DNA of 64,000 nucleotides from Patescibacteria group bacterium (GTDB lineage Bacteria; Patescibacteriota; Minisyncoccia; UBA6257; GWB1-50-10): NCBI GenBank assembly GCA_023474215.1, contig JAMCYI010000016.1, positions 8,265 to 72,264 of the forward strand, read 5' to 3'. Shown piece by piece: positions 10,033 to 19,128 of this stretch (position 1 is its first letter; each line of letters starts with the position of its first letter). The notes under the pieces were generated by a model. It saw only the letters and a program-made list of their open reading frames with translations, ran no database searches and was not told where the DNA came from. The position numbers and the translations under genes were made by a program.

Positions 10033-10422
10033 TTACTTAGACTCCGAGAAAAATTCTTTTATCTTACCAACCAGCTCTTCGATCGAAAGTTGGGCCTTGA
10101 TAAAGTAACCGACGGCCCCGAGCATTTGCCCTCTTTGAATATCCCCTTCTTGCCCCAAGTTCGAAACGATGACGACCGGAACATTTTCCGCGTTCGGATC
10201 GCTCCTCATGGATTCCATCACTTCGAACCCCGACATCTTGGGGAGAATAATGTCGAGGAGCATAAGATCAAACTTATCTTTTTTGAGATCGACGAGGGCT
10301 TCATCGCCATCATGCGCTTGAATAACTTGAAAGCCATCTCTCTCCAGCCTCCCCTTCAGGAGATTGGAAAGCATCGGTTCGTCTTCCACGAGAAGAATTT
10401 TTTTGGTGATCGGCTCAGCCAT
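10033..10422 (-). CDS. stand-alone response regulator receiver domain (CheY/PilH-like)
   Basis: 129 aa; ILLVEDEP...DLMLLDIILPKMSGFEV...VVIVSNLG receiver motifs with phospho-acceptor Asp. Confidence 0.75.
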   Translation of the reverse strand: MAEPITKKILLVEDEPMLSNLLKGRLERDGFQVIQAHDGDEALVDLKKDKFDLMLLDIILPKMSGFEVMESMRSDPNAENVPVVIVSNLGQEGDIQRGQMLGAVGYFIKAQLSIEELVGKIKEFFSESK

Positions 10423-10811
10423 TGCTACCTATTATAGCAGAATATAAAAAACGAAAAAACTCTTTTCGTCTAATGGCAGTTCTCATTACCCCACGAGAAT
10501 TAATTTCCTTTGCGTTCGACGGCAACTCTCGGAAGTATTACCTCCCCACCATAAATGGAAATCAGCTACTTATTTTGAGAGAAGCTCTCGGAAAAAATAT
10601 TCGTGGTAACACCACACCACCAACAAAGCAAAACCCGACATTTTTGCGAAGGCTAAGACTTGGGCGTCGCCCCGGAGACAGCCTGAGCAAAATTGTCGGG
10701 TTGAACTTGTTGAAAACTTTTTTAGTTGCCCCAGTGGCCATAACTTTGGGTTCCATGGCCAACACCCGTTTTTGTGTACCACATCTCAATGAAGAAATGT
10801 GTCGAATAAAG

Positions 10812-12272
10812 TTTAATTGATCCACGCACAGCTTCCGCTACGCGTGCCTTGTTACGACTTCACCCGTGTCACCGAGCTAGCTCTGATACGCGCGAAACGC
10901 ACTTTAAGCTCTCCCGGCTCCCTTGGTGTGACGGGCGGTGAGTACAGGACTCGAGAACGTATTCACCGCGGCATTCTGATCCGCGATTACTAGCGATTCC
11001 GGCTTCATGCGGGCGAGTTGCAGCCCGCAATCTGAACTGAGGCCATATTTCAGGGATTAGCTCCGCCTTACGGCTTGGCAACCCGCTGTGAATGGCCATT
11101 GTAACATGTGTGTGGCCCAGGGCATCAGAGGGCCATGCTGATTTGACGTCGTCCTCACCTTCCTCCGTGTATACCACGGCAGTCCCTCGTGACACGTATA
11201 ACACGAGGCGAGGGTTGCGCATGTTACCCCATTGAAGGGAGCGCCTCACGGCACATGCTGACGGCAACCATGCAGCACCTGTGCTTCCGTCCTTCTTGCG
11301 AAGGACGACAATCCTTTCGAATTGTCTTCGAAAACATTTCAAGCCCTGGTGAGGTTCCTCGTTTACCGTCGAATTAAACCACATGTTCCACCGCTTGTGC
11401 GAGTCCCCGTCTATTCCTTTGAGTTTTAAGCTTGCGCTCGTACTTCCCAGGCGGTCTGCTTAACGCGTTAGCTTGGCCACTCCGAGGGTCGATACTCGAA
11501 ACAGCGAGCAGACATCGTTTAGGGCGTGGACTACAAGGGTATCTAATCCTTTTTGCTCCCCACGCTTTCGCGCCTCAGGGTCAGGAATGTCCCAGTGAAT
11601 TGCTTTCGCCTTTGGTGTTCCGCACGATATCAACGGATTTCACCCCTACACCGTGCGTTCCATTCACCTCTAACATCCTCAAGTTTGGTAGTTTTTCCGG
11701 CATATCCGAAGTTAAGCCCCGGCATTTTACCGAAAACCCGCCGAACCCCCTACGCGCCCTTTACGCCCAATAAATCCGGATAACGCTTGAAGCCTTCGTA
11801 TTACCGCGGCTGCTGGCACGAAGTTTGCAGCTCCTTATTCATGTTCTAATCAATAACTTTTTGGAACATAAAAGCAGTTTACAACCCGAGGGCCTTCATC
11901 CTGCACGCGGCGTCGCTCGATCAGGCTTTCGCCCATTGTCGAATATTCTCGACTGCTGCCACCCGTAGGTGTACGAGCCGTGTCTCAGTCTCGTCGTTGG
12001 GGAACAGCCTCTCAGCTCCCCTACCCGTCGTCGCTTTGGTGAGCCATTACCTCGCCAACTGGCTGATGGGACCTAAGCCGATCCCGAAGCGGCTTGCGCC
12101 TTTAGAATTGCTTCCACATGGAGAATTATCCAACCTTTCGGCTGGCTATGCTCCACTTCGGGGTACGTACTAGGGTGTTACTAACTCGTTCGCCACTGTC
12201 CTTGCGGACCGTTCGACTTGCATGCCTTATCCACGCCGCCAGCGTTCATCCTGGACCAGGATCAAATCCTCA
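10812..12272 (-). rRNA. rrs: 16S rRNA
   Basis: rc of 12221-12272 = 5' end GGATTTGATCCTGGTCCAGGATGAACGCTGGCGGCGTGGATAAGGCATGCAAGTCGAACG; 10830-10870 = 3' end AAGTCGTAACAAGGCACGCGTAGCGGAAGCTGTGCGTGGATC; internal universal blocks (GTATTACCGCGGCTGCTGGCAC at 11790-11815 rc). Confidence 0.9.
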
Positions 12273-12608
12273 AAAAGAAACTCCGTACGAAAAACCTATC
12301 GATAAAGTTCCTCGTACGAAATCTCTCAAGCTCGGCCCGAAGGCCGAACCAGAAAGGGACAACTAAAAAAATTTTCAACTAAATACTAGTAGCTTTTCAA
12401 GAAGCTTTCAAACAAGAAAAGAGTTCCAAACAGCGTGATGATTAGTATAAGCGGGGCCTACCCACTTGTCAAGCCGGAAAATGGGTGATAAGATAAAAAC
12501 ATAAAGTGTACCAAAGATAGAAGATATAAGTGGATATACAGTAGATAGTGTCTTATTATCTCGTTCCGCGAAGCGGAACTTATTTCTACCAAGTATCCGT
12601 AAAAATCC

Positions 12609-12866
12609 ATGAAAAAGGATATTCACCCGAAGTATTACCCAAAAGCGAAAGTAACCTGCGCCTGCGGGAACGTATTCACGATCGGCTCGACGGTCCCCGA
12701 AATGCACGTCGAGATTTGCTCGAAGTGCCACCCGTTCTATACCGGCCGGGAACAGTTGATCGACACCGCCGGAAGGATTGAAAAATTCAAGGCGCGCCGG
12801 ACCAAGGCTGAAACGGTCCCCAAGAAGACCAAGAAGGCCAGGGTAAAAAAGCAAGTTAAGAAATAA
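12609..12866 (+). CDS. rpmE: 50S ribosomal protein L31 (Zn-ribbon type)
   Basis: 85 aa; [28 protein letters not shown]...[11 protein letters not shown] matches L31. Confidence 0.85.
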   Translation: MKKDIHPKYYPKAKVTCACGNVFTIGSTVPEMHVEICSKCHPFYTGREQLIDTAGRIEKFKARRTKAETVPKKTKKARVKKQVKK

Positions 12867-12908
12867 AAAATTTTAATTTAAAATTCGAAATTTTAAATTA
12901 GTAACCAT

Positions 12909-13544
12909 ATGGAACTCAAAACGCAAGTGCGATCAATACTGGGGAAGAAAGTTAAAAACCTGCGGAGCGAGGGATTTATTCCCGCTGAGCTGTACGGCAA
13001 AGGGATCGAAAACAAACACCTTTCCGTCGGATCGCGCGACTTCATGAAAGTCTTCAAAGAAGCCGGAGAAAACACCGTGGTGACGCTTACGGTCGACGAT
13101 AAAGAAAAATTCCCCGTCATCATTTCCAACGTTCACTTCGACCACCTGAAGGACGAAGTTACAACCGTCGACTTCCACAAGATCAACATGGACGAAAAGA
13201 TAGAAGCAGAAATTCCGGTGGAACTCACGGGCGAGGCCCCGGCCATAAAGAAGGGTCTCATCGTCGTGAAAGTCATGAATGAAATAAAGGTTTCGGCGAC
13301 GCCGGATCATTTGCCGCATAAGTTCGAGATCGATGTAGGGGGCCTTGTTGACGAAGGGAATGCCATCCACATCAAGGACTTGAACATTGGAAAAGAAGTG
13401 AAAGTGATGTCACCGGAAGATTCGGTGATCGTCATTGTCAATAAAATGAAGGAGGAAAAGGAGGAAACTCCGCCGCCGGCTCCGGAAGCAACCGCAACGG
13501 AAACAACCCCTGGGACAGAAGCAGGAACGGAAGAAAATAAATAA
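12909..13544 (+). CDS. rplY: 50S ribosomal protein L25 / general stress protein Ctc
   Basis: 211 aa; N-terminus LKTQVRSILGKKVKNLRSEGFIPAELYGKG typical of bL25; acidic/Pro-rich C-terminal tail. Confidence 0.8.
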   Translation: MELKTQVRSILGKKVKNLRSEGFIPAELYGKGIENKHLSVGSRDFMKVFKEAGENTVVTLTVDDKEKFPVIISNVHFDHLKDEVTTVDFHKINMDEKIEAEIPVELTGEAPAIKKGLIVVKVMNEIKVSATPDHLPHKFEIDVGGLVDEGNAIHIKDLNIGKEVKVMSPEDSVIVIVNKMKEEKEETPPPAPEATATETTPGTEAGTEENK

Positions 13545-13608
13545 GGGAAATGAAGAAAGAAAAGCACCCGGTAACAATCGGGCGCTTTTTTTGTTAGTAT
13601 ATAGGAAG

Positions 13609-15006
13609 ATGACCAAGAAAAGGACATTTTCGCTTTTTGCTTGCGCGCTCCTCGTTCTGGGCGCGTGGTTTTTCAACGCACACGCTGAAACTGCTTCCTC
13701 GACCGCAGCAGCTCCGACAGCGACTTCGACCGCCACGACGACCGACACTCAAGCTGAACGGGCAGCCTTGGAAGCGCAGCTTGCAGATCTCGAGAATCAA
13801 ATCGAAGAGCAGCAACAGCAGATCAGCAAATACCAAGCCCAAGGCAGCACGTTGAGCGGTGAGATCAAATATCTCAATTCAAAAATCTCCCAGATCAATC
13901 TCCAAATAAAAGCGGTCAACTTGAAACTCACGCAGCTTTCGAGCGACATCACGGACACCCAAAGCCAAATAAACCAAACTGAGAATCAAATCAACGTCAA
14001 CAAGGATGCTCTTGCGTCATCGATCCAAGCCATTTACGAAAGTGACAATCAAAATCTCTTGGAGATTCTCCTTGCCAACAACAATCTCTCCGACTTCTTT
14101 TCGAATGTCGATAACATCATTCTGGCCCAAAGCAATATGCGGGATGAATTGGACCAAATACAAAAATTGAGAGATCAGCTTGTGGCCCAGCAGCAAACGC
14201 TGACGGGTGAACTTTCCGACACCCAAAACTTCAAGAGCATTCAAACCGCGCAAAAGTCGTCTCTTCAAACAACGCAAAGCCAAAAAACCACCCTCTTAAA
14301 ACAAACGAAAGGCCAAGAGGCCGCTTATCAAAAAATCCTCGCGAAGACCAAAGAAACGGCGGCTCAAATACGGAACCGCATCTTCCAGCTCTTGGGCGGC
14401 GGACAATTGACCTTCCAACAGGCATACAACTACGCAAAGCTCGCCGAAGGAGCGACCGGCGTTCGAGCTGCGCTCATTCTCGCCATTTTGAACCGCGAGT
14501 CCGCCTTGGGACAAAACGTCGGAAAATGCTCGTATACCACGGCAATGAACCCCACCCGCGACGTGCCGGTATTTTTGAAACTCCTTCAGTCCCTCAACAT
14601 CGACCCGAATTCGCAATCCGCATACGTTTCTTGCCCGAACTCCGACGGCGCGTACGGCGGAGCCATGGGACCGGCTCAATTCATACCATCGACGTGGAAT
14701 TTGTACGCATCTCAAATTTCGCAGATCACGGGCGACAATCCCGCAAACCCTTGGAACAATTCCGACGCGTTCGTTGCGACGGGGCTTCTTATGAAGGATC
14801 TTCTCTCATCCGCAAGCTGCGTAAGTTATGCCAAGGCAAATCAAAGCGTCGCTCCCTACCAAACGCTTCTCGAACGGTGTGCAGCAGCCAAGTATTACGC
14901 GGGCGGCAACTGGTATACGTACCGCTTCTGGTACGGCCAGCCGGTCGTCGATCAGGCAAACAGCTACCAGAATGACATCGACGTCTTGAACAGCCAAGGG
15001 AGCTAG
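13609..15006 (+). CDS. secreted coiled-coil protein with C-terminal lytic-transglycosylase (SLT)-like domain
   Basis: ATG at 13609 preceded by aggaag; signal peptide MTKKRTFSLFACALLVLGAWFFNAHA; Q-rich coiled coil; C-terminal ILNRESALGQ (catalytic E-S) and GPAQFIPSTW resemble SLT-domain motifs. ORF track starts at upstream TTG 13591. Confidence 0.55.
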   Translation: MTKKRTFSLFACALLVLGAWFFNAHAETASSTAAAPTATSTATTTDTQAERAALEAQLADLENQIEEQQQQISKYQAQGSTLSGEIKYLNSKISQINLQIKAVNLKLTQLSSDITDTQSQINQTENQINVNKDALASSIQAIYESDNQNLLEILLANNNLSDFFSNVDNIILAQSNMRDELDQIQKLRDQLVAQQQTLTGELSDTQNFKSIQTAQKSSLQTTQSQKTTLLKQTKGQEAAYQKILAKTKETAAQIRNRIFQLLGGGQLTFQQAYNYAKLAEGATGVRAALILAILNRESALGQNVGKCSYTTAMNPTRDVPVFLKLLQSLNIDPNSQSAYVSCPNSDGAYGGAMGPAQFIPSTWNLYASQISQITGDNPANPWNNSDAFVATGLLMKDLLSSASCVSYAKANQSVAPYQTLLERCAAAKYYAGGNWYTYRFWYGQPVVDQANSYQNDIDVLNSQGS

Positions 15007-15023
15007 CTGACGAGTGTTCTTTT

Positions 15024-15137
15024 CTACCGGCACCGGGCGTTCGCTTGCCCCAGCGGCAAGCACCGCCCTGCGCTCTCGGCGAAAAATCCGCCTCCTCGGC
15101 GGAACCAATCTTTTTCGCCTCCGAGAGCTGCCGCACG
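15024..15137 (+). repeat. 114-bp GC-rich structured repeat, copy 1 (nested in the loop of hairpin gctgacgagtg/cactcgtcagc at 15006-15016 / 15144-15154)
   Basis: Near-identical (1 mismatch) inverted copy at 17599-17712; contains internal nested hairpins (gcttgcc/ggcaagc; ggcgaaaaa/tttttcgcc). Confidence 0.8.
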
Positions 15138-15315
15138 AAAAAACACTCGTCAGCTACATTATTACTTTATTAATAAAGAAGTGATTTCTGCATTTTGAAC
15201 AAACCGTTTCGAAAACCGAGCGGGCACGGTTCGAGCGGAGCGAGAGAGCGAGGTTGAGAACGAGCGCGGTTTTCTCGCAGGGAAGACCGACGCGTGTTTG
15301 CGAGAAATGCAGAAA

Positions 15316-16047
15316 TCACTTCGCGAAGGCTTTCACGATGGGGTCAAAATCCCCTTCCATGATCTTTTCGATATTGTGGAATTTCTTCCCGATCCGATGA
15401 TCGGTGATCCGGTCTTCGGGGAAATTATAGGTCCGTATTTTTTCCGATCGGTCGCCTGAACCGATCTGAGCGCGGCGCAATTCATCGATCGATCCGGTCG
15501 CTTTCAATTGCTCAATTTCATAAAGTTTTGCCCGCAAGATTTCCATTGCCTTCTCGCGATTCGCATGCTGGAATCGCTCCGAGCGGCACGAGACAACGAT
15601 ACCCGTCGGCTTGTGAAGGATGCGGACAGCCGTTTCCACTTTGTTCACATTCTGGCCGCCGGGGCCGCCTGCCCGGGAAAAAGTGACCTCCAGATCGCTT
15701 TCTTTTATTTCAACCGCTTTTGCTTCAACGATTGGCAGAACCGCAACGGACGCCGTTGATGTGTGAATCCTCCCCTGCCGCTCAGTGACCGGAACCCGCT
15801 GTACGCGGTGAACACCCGATTCCTGCCGTAAGGCATCGTACACACCCTGACCGCCCATTTCCGCGATCAAAGTCTTATATCCTCTCGCTCCCGATTCGGA
15901 AGCATCGAGAATGGAAAACGTCCATCCCTTCTTTGCCGCATATTTTTGGTACATACGCGCCAAATCACCCGCGAAAAGCGATGCTTCGTCGCCGCCCGTA
16001 CCCGCACGAACCTCCAGAATGATTTTTTTAATGTCTTGGGATTCCAT
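15316..16047 (-). CDS. prfA: class I peptide chain release factor, RF1-type, lacking N-terminal domain 1
   Basis: 243 aa; GGQ motif ([22 protein letters not shown]), PxT-type tripeptide (RVPVTE), aligns from about residue 100 of E. coli RF1. In-frame TAG 15 nt upstream of the ATG leaves no room for domain 1. Confidence 0.75.
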   Translation of the reverse strand: MESQDIKKIILEVRAGTGGDEASLFAGDLARMYQKYAAKKGWTFSILDASESGARGYKTLIAEMGGQGVYDALRQESGVHRVQRVPVTERQGRIHTSTASVAVLPIVEAKAVEIKESDLEVTFSRAGGPGGQNVNKVETAVRILHKPTGIVVSCRSERFQHANREKAMEILRAKLYEIEQLKATGSIDELRRAQIGSGDRSEKIRTYNFPEDRITDHRIGKKFHNIEKIMEGDFDPIVKAFAK

Positions 16048-16109
16048 AATAAATAGATTCTACCCGAAAAAATGCCAAAGCTCAAAGTTCAAATTTGACA
16101 TTCGGTCAT

Positions 16110-16667
16110 TTACCCTATTTTCTCGTACAGAAAAACCCGATGCCAACCAATATCCGTCGAATCAATGAGGCGGAAGGTGTGATCGTCCTCCGGGATTCTG
16201 AACGACGGTGATATGATCTTGGAACCTTGTTTCATTTTTAAAAACTCGGTCGAAGCCAGCTTTTTCATTGTTTCCGGGGAAGTATAGACATAAAAGACGT
16301 TTGCCTCCTCGAAAACGTCGCTGGGAATGCCAAAAATGCTTTTCCGTTCGATCCGCACTTTGTTCCCTGCGCCGACGAAGCGTATCCACAGCTTTGACTT
16401 CGCATATGGCCACCACGAGATCTCGTAGCCGATCCCGGCGCGGACGCCGAAACGACGCACCGCCTCAAAAAGTACTCTGCCATCCCCCGACCCGAAATCG
16501 AAAACGACGTCCTGTGAGCCAAGGTTTCCCCACTCCAATATGCGGCGCATTGCTTTCCGTTCGATGGGGACGTACGGCGCACCGGCGCGCTGTGAATAAA
16601 TGAGCGACGCAAGGAGAAAAACAAGTGCCGCGATGAGGATCGCATTGAGAGCGATGAGGATCGCCAT
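16110..16667 (-). CDS. membrane-anchored class I SAM-dependent methyltransferase
   Basis: 185 aa; N-terminal TM helix then VVFDFGSGDGRVLFEAV (motif I). Confidence 0.55.
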   Translation of the reverse strand: MAILIALNAILIAALVFLLASLIYSQRAGAPYVPIERKAMRRILEWGNLGSQDVVFDFGSGDGRVLFEAVRRFGVRAGIGYEISWWPYAKSKLWIRFVGAGNKVRIERKSIFGIPSDVFEEANVFYVYTSPETMKKLASTEFLKMKQGSKIISPSFRIPEDDHTFRLIDSTDIGWHRVFLYEKIG

Positions 16668-17554
16668 TATTGTTTGTAGAACAATTTCATCCTTGCCCCG
16701 ATGACCGCCTTCATTCCTTCGATCGCCGCCGGCATGATCTTATACGGAGCAACTTCATCCGGCTTTTCTTCCAATCCGCGTTCGACGCCTTTCCGCCATG
16801 CGACCCTGATTTCGGTCGAAATGTGGACGATGGTGATGCCTGCGTCGATTGCCGCCGTGAAATCCTCATCGACGGTACCACTCCCCCCGTGGAGCACCAA
16901 GGGAACCTTTGTTGCATCTTTGATCGCTTTGATGCGCTGGATGTCGAGCCGAGGATCGTGGCCGCCGCGAAACATTCCATGGACGTTCCCGACGGCAGGT
17001 GCGAGCATATCGACGCGCGTCTCGGAAACAAAACGGGCGGCGTCTTCCGGTTTTGTAAGAGCGTCGGGCGAAAGCGCCGCGCCTTCCGGGATCTTGTCCC
17101 ACATTTCTGAATCCGACCCAATATACCCCATTTCACCCTCCACGACGAGCGCAGGATTGATGCTTTTGAGCATTTTCACGACTTCCCCGGTTTGCTTGAT
17201 GTCTTCGTCAAGCGGCAACTTTCCGCCGTCGAAAAGCACTTCGTCGAAACCAGCGGATGCCGCTTCTTTTGCAAGCGCTGGATCGTGCGTATGGTCGGCA
17301 TTCAAAAAGAGCCAAAATCCCCCGTCGTTTTCCTTATCCCCGTACTCTTCATTGTAGCTTGTAAGAAGATCATGGACCTGCTTGACGCCCAAGTATTTCC
17401 GCTCCCCCTCCGAAACGCCAATCAAGACCGGCAAATCCAATTCCCGCGCGGTTTCGGCAACCGCCTTGAATTGCTCGTAGCCCGCAATGTTGAAATGCGG
17501 TACCGCAACTCTCTTTTTTTCCGCCCATTGGAGGGTATTCAATAAATTCCTCAT
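16667..17554 (-). CDS. fba: class II fructose-bisphosphate aldolase
   Basis: 295 aa; VPHFNIAGYEQ, HGGSG, and metal-binding His pattern of class II FBA/tagatose-bisphosphate aldolase family. Confidence 0.8.
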   Translation of the reverse strand: MRNLLNTLQWAEKKRVAVPHFNIAGYEQFKAVAETARELDLPVLIGVSEGERKYLGVKQVHDLLTSYNEEYGDKENDGGFWLFLNADHTHDPALAKEAASAGFDEVLFDGGKLPLDEDIKQTGEVVKMLKSINPALVVEGEMGYIGSDSEMWDKIPEGAALSPDALTKPEDAARFVSETRVDMLAPAVGNVHGMFRGGHDPRLDIQRIKAIKDATKVPLVLHGGSGTVDEDFTAAIDAGITIVHISTEIRVAWRKGVERGLEEKPDEVAPYKIMPAAIEGMKAVIGARMKLFYKQ

Positions 17555-17598
17555 CTCTTCATTATATTACAACAAAATAAGGAACGGGAGTTTCTTTC

Positions 17599-17712
17599 CG
17601 TGCGGCAGCTCTCGGAGGCGAAAAAGATTGGTTCCGCCGAGGAGGCGGATTTTTCGCCGAGAGCGCAGGGCGGTGCTTGCCGCTGGAGCAAGCGAACGCC
17701 CGGTGCCGGTAG
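17599..17712 (-). repeat. 114-bp GC-rich structured repeat, copy 2 (inverted; nested in hairpin ggaacggga/tcccgttcc at 17581-17589 / 17722-17730)
   Basis: Reverse complement of 15024-15137 with one mismatch. Confidence 0.8.
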
Positions 17713-17732
17713 GGAAGGAATTCCCGTTCCGC

Positions 17733-18986
17733 TCAAATCTCGAAGTATCCCTGCAAAAGGTAATCTTTCGAGAATTTTTCCATCTCCTCGAACGAAAAGT
17801 ACGAAGCGAAGATCTGGTTCCACAGCGCTTCCTGGTGATGGTACATGAATTTGATCGATTCCTTCTCTTCAACCAAGCTCATCACGGTGTCGACAAGATT
17901 GAAGCTCACAAGCGTATCTTCGCCGAGCTCATCCTTGAAGAAATCGCCGACCCAGTCAAGATCCGCCCAAAAGCTCAGATCCACGCCTTCATGATTCAAA
18001 ACCTCACCCAGTTTCATGATATCGTGTCCTGCCTTCGCCCAATGGATCGCCTCTGGATTCAAATGCGGCACGAAGAGCCGCCATTCGTTCTCATCATCCT
18101 TCGTAAGATACCGCTGAACGACGAGCCACAGTGTTTTTTCTCCTTCCGGCATATGCCGGTCGAGAACATCCCCCCGAAGGAGTGAAATGAGATTCGCCGC
18201 GAAGGTTTCCTGGAGATCCGCCGATCGCCTGATCATGTCGGAGTAGAACGGAATTTCATTCAAATAGTGGAAAGTTAAAGCCATCATCCGCAAAAGTTCG
18301 CCCGAAATGCCGAGTGAAAGCGGAATGACGAACACAACGCCCATTTCTTTCAGGTGACTGATATTGTGCCACTTCTTGTTGACAAACTCTTGAGCTGCCG
18401 GACCCCATTTTTCCGGGAGCGGCCGAATGACGATCTCCCGCTCCTCGAAGTCGGAGGGTATCAACGTTTCGTACTGCTTAAAAAAGGTTCCGTTCAGCCA
18501 CTCGCTCCCCTCGATGAAGCGGAGGGCGCTCATGACCTCGAAAAGGTCCTCGTGCTCGAGCATTGCGTCAACCGAATCGTATTTCAGAAACTCGAGTACC
18601 TTCTTCGGCGGTTCTTTCTTCAGAAACTCGATCGCCTTCTCCTTCTTCAAAAAAAACCCACGCTCTACCCCCTTCACTTTTTTAATCGCTTCCACAATGC
18701 CCTCATAGTCGCTCATTTTTGTGAGTGACGGATTGCTAAGTGCGATGGATACGGCGTGATTGTCAGCCTCTATCTTCGATATCAAGGCATCGTAGATCTC
18801 CTTCGCACCGGCACTTCGGTCCACATCGAGGCGCGATAGCCGATCGGACATTTTCTTTTCATTCTCCGCCATGATCGCATCCATGACACCTTCCTTTCTT
18901 GTGATCTCGGAGAAATGACGCTCGATCTTTTCGATATAATCCTTATCGGTCCTCAATATTTTCGCTATTTTGTCAGCTGAAGTCAT
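17733..18986 (-). CDS. hypothetical protein (417 aa, no recognisable motif)
   Basis: Long uninterrupted ORF with good coding texture; no family recognised. Confidence 0.5.
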   Translation of the reverse strand: MTSADKIAKILRTDKDYIEKIERHFSEITRKEGVMDAIMAENEKKMSDRLSRLDVDRSAGAKEIYDALISKIEADNHAVSIALSNPSLTKMSDYEGIVEAIKKVKGVERGFFLKKEKAIEFLKKEPPKKVLEFLKYDSVDAMLEHEDLFEVMSALRFIEGSEWLNGTFFKQYETLIPSDFEEREIVIRPLPEKWGPAAQEFVNKKWHNISHLKEMGVVFVIPLSLGISGELLRMMALTFHYLNEIPFYSDMIRRSADLQETFAANLISLLRGDVLDRHMPEGEKTLWLVVQRYLTKDDENEWRLFVPHLNPEAIHWAKAGHDIMKLGEVLNHEGVDLSFWADLDWVGDFFKDELGEDTLVSFNLVDTVMSLVEEKESIKFMYHHQEALWNQIFASYFSFEEMEKFSKDYLLQGYFEI

Positions 18987-18994
18987 AGGCTATT

Positions 18995-19128
18995 TAAATT
19001 CTAAATCCTAATATTTAAATCCTAAATAATACTTAAATCCAAAATTTCAACGACCAAAACGTATCTTTTGAATTTTGAACATTTGGATTTGTTTAGGATT
19101 TAGGATTTGGGGCTTAGGATTTTTGTAA
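18995..19128. repeat. AT-rich palindromic intergenic element (taaatcctaaat / atttaggattt arms), copy 1
   Basis: Arms ttctaaatcctaatatttaaatcctaaata and gtttaggatttaggatttggggcttaggattt are reverse complements; related copy at 22340-22476. Confidence 0.6.

Noticed and set aside
10869-12366. ORFs 10869-11384, 11189-11377, 11432-11773, 11553-11783, 12118-12366
   Set aside because: All fall within the 16S rRNA gene.
14789-15136. ORFs 14789-15136 (-) and 17600-17848 (+) beginning MRQLSEAKKIGSAEEADF
   Set aside because: They are produced by the two copies of the 114-bp structured repeat read in the same relative frame. High-GC hairpin sequence, not a conserved protein.
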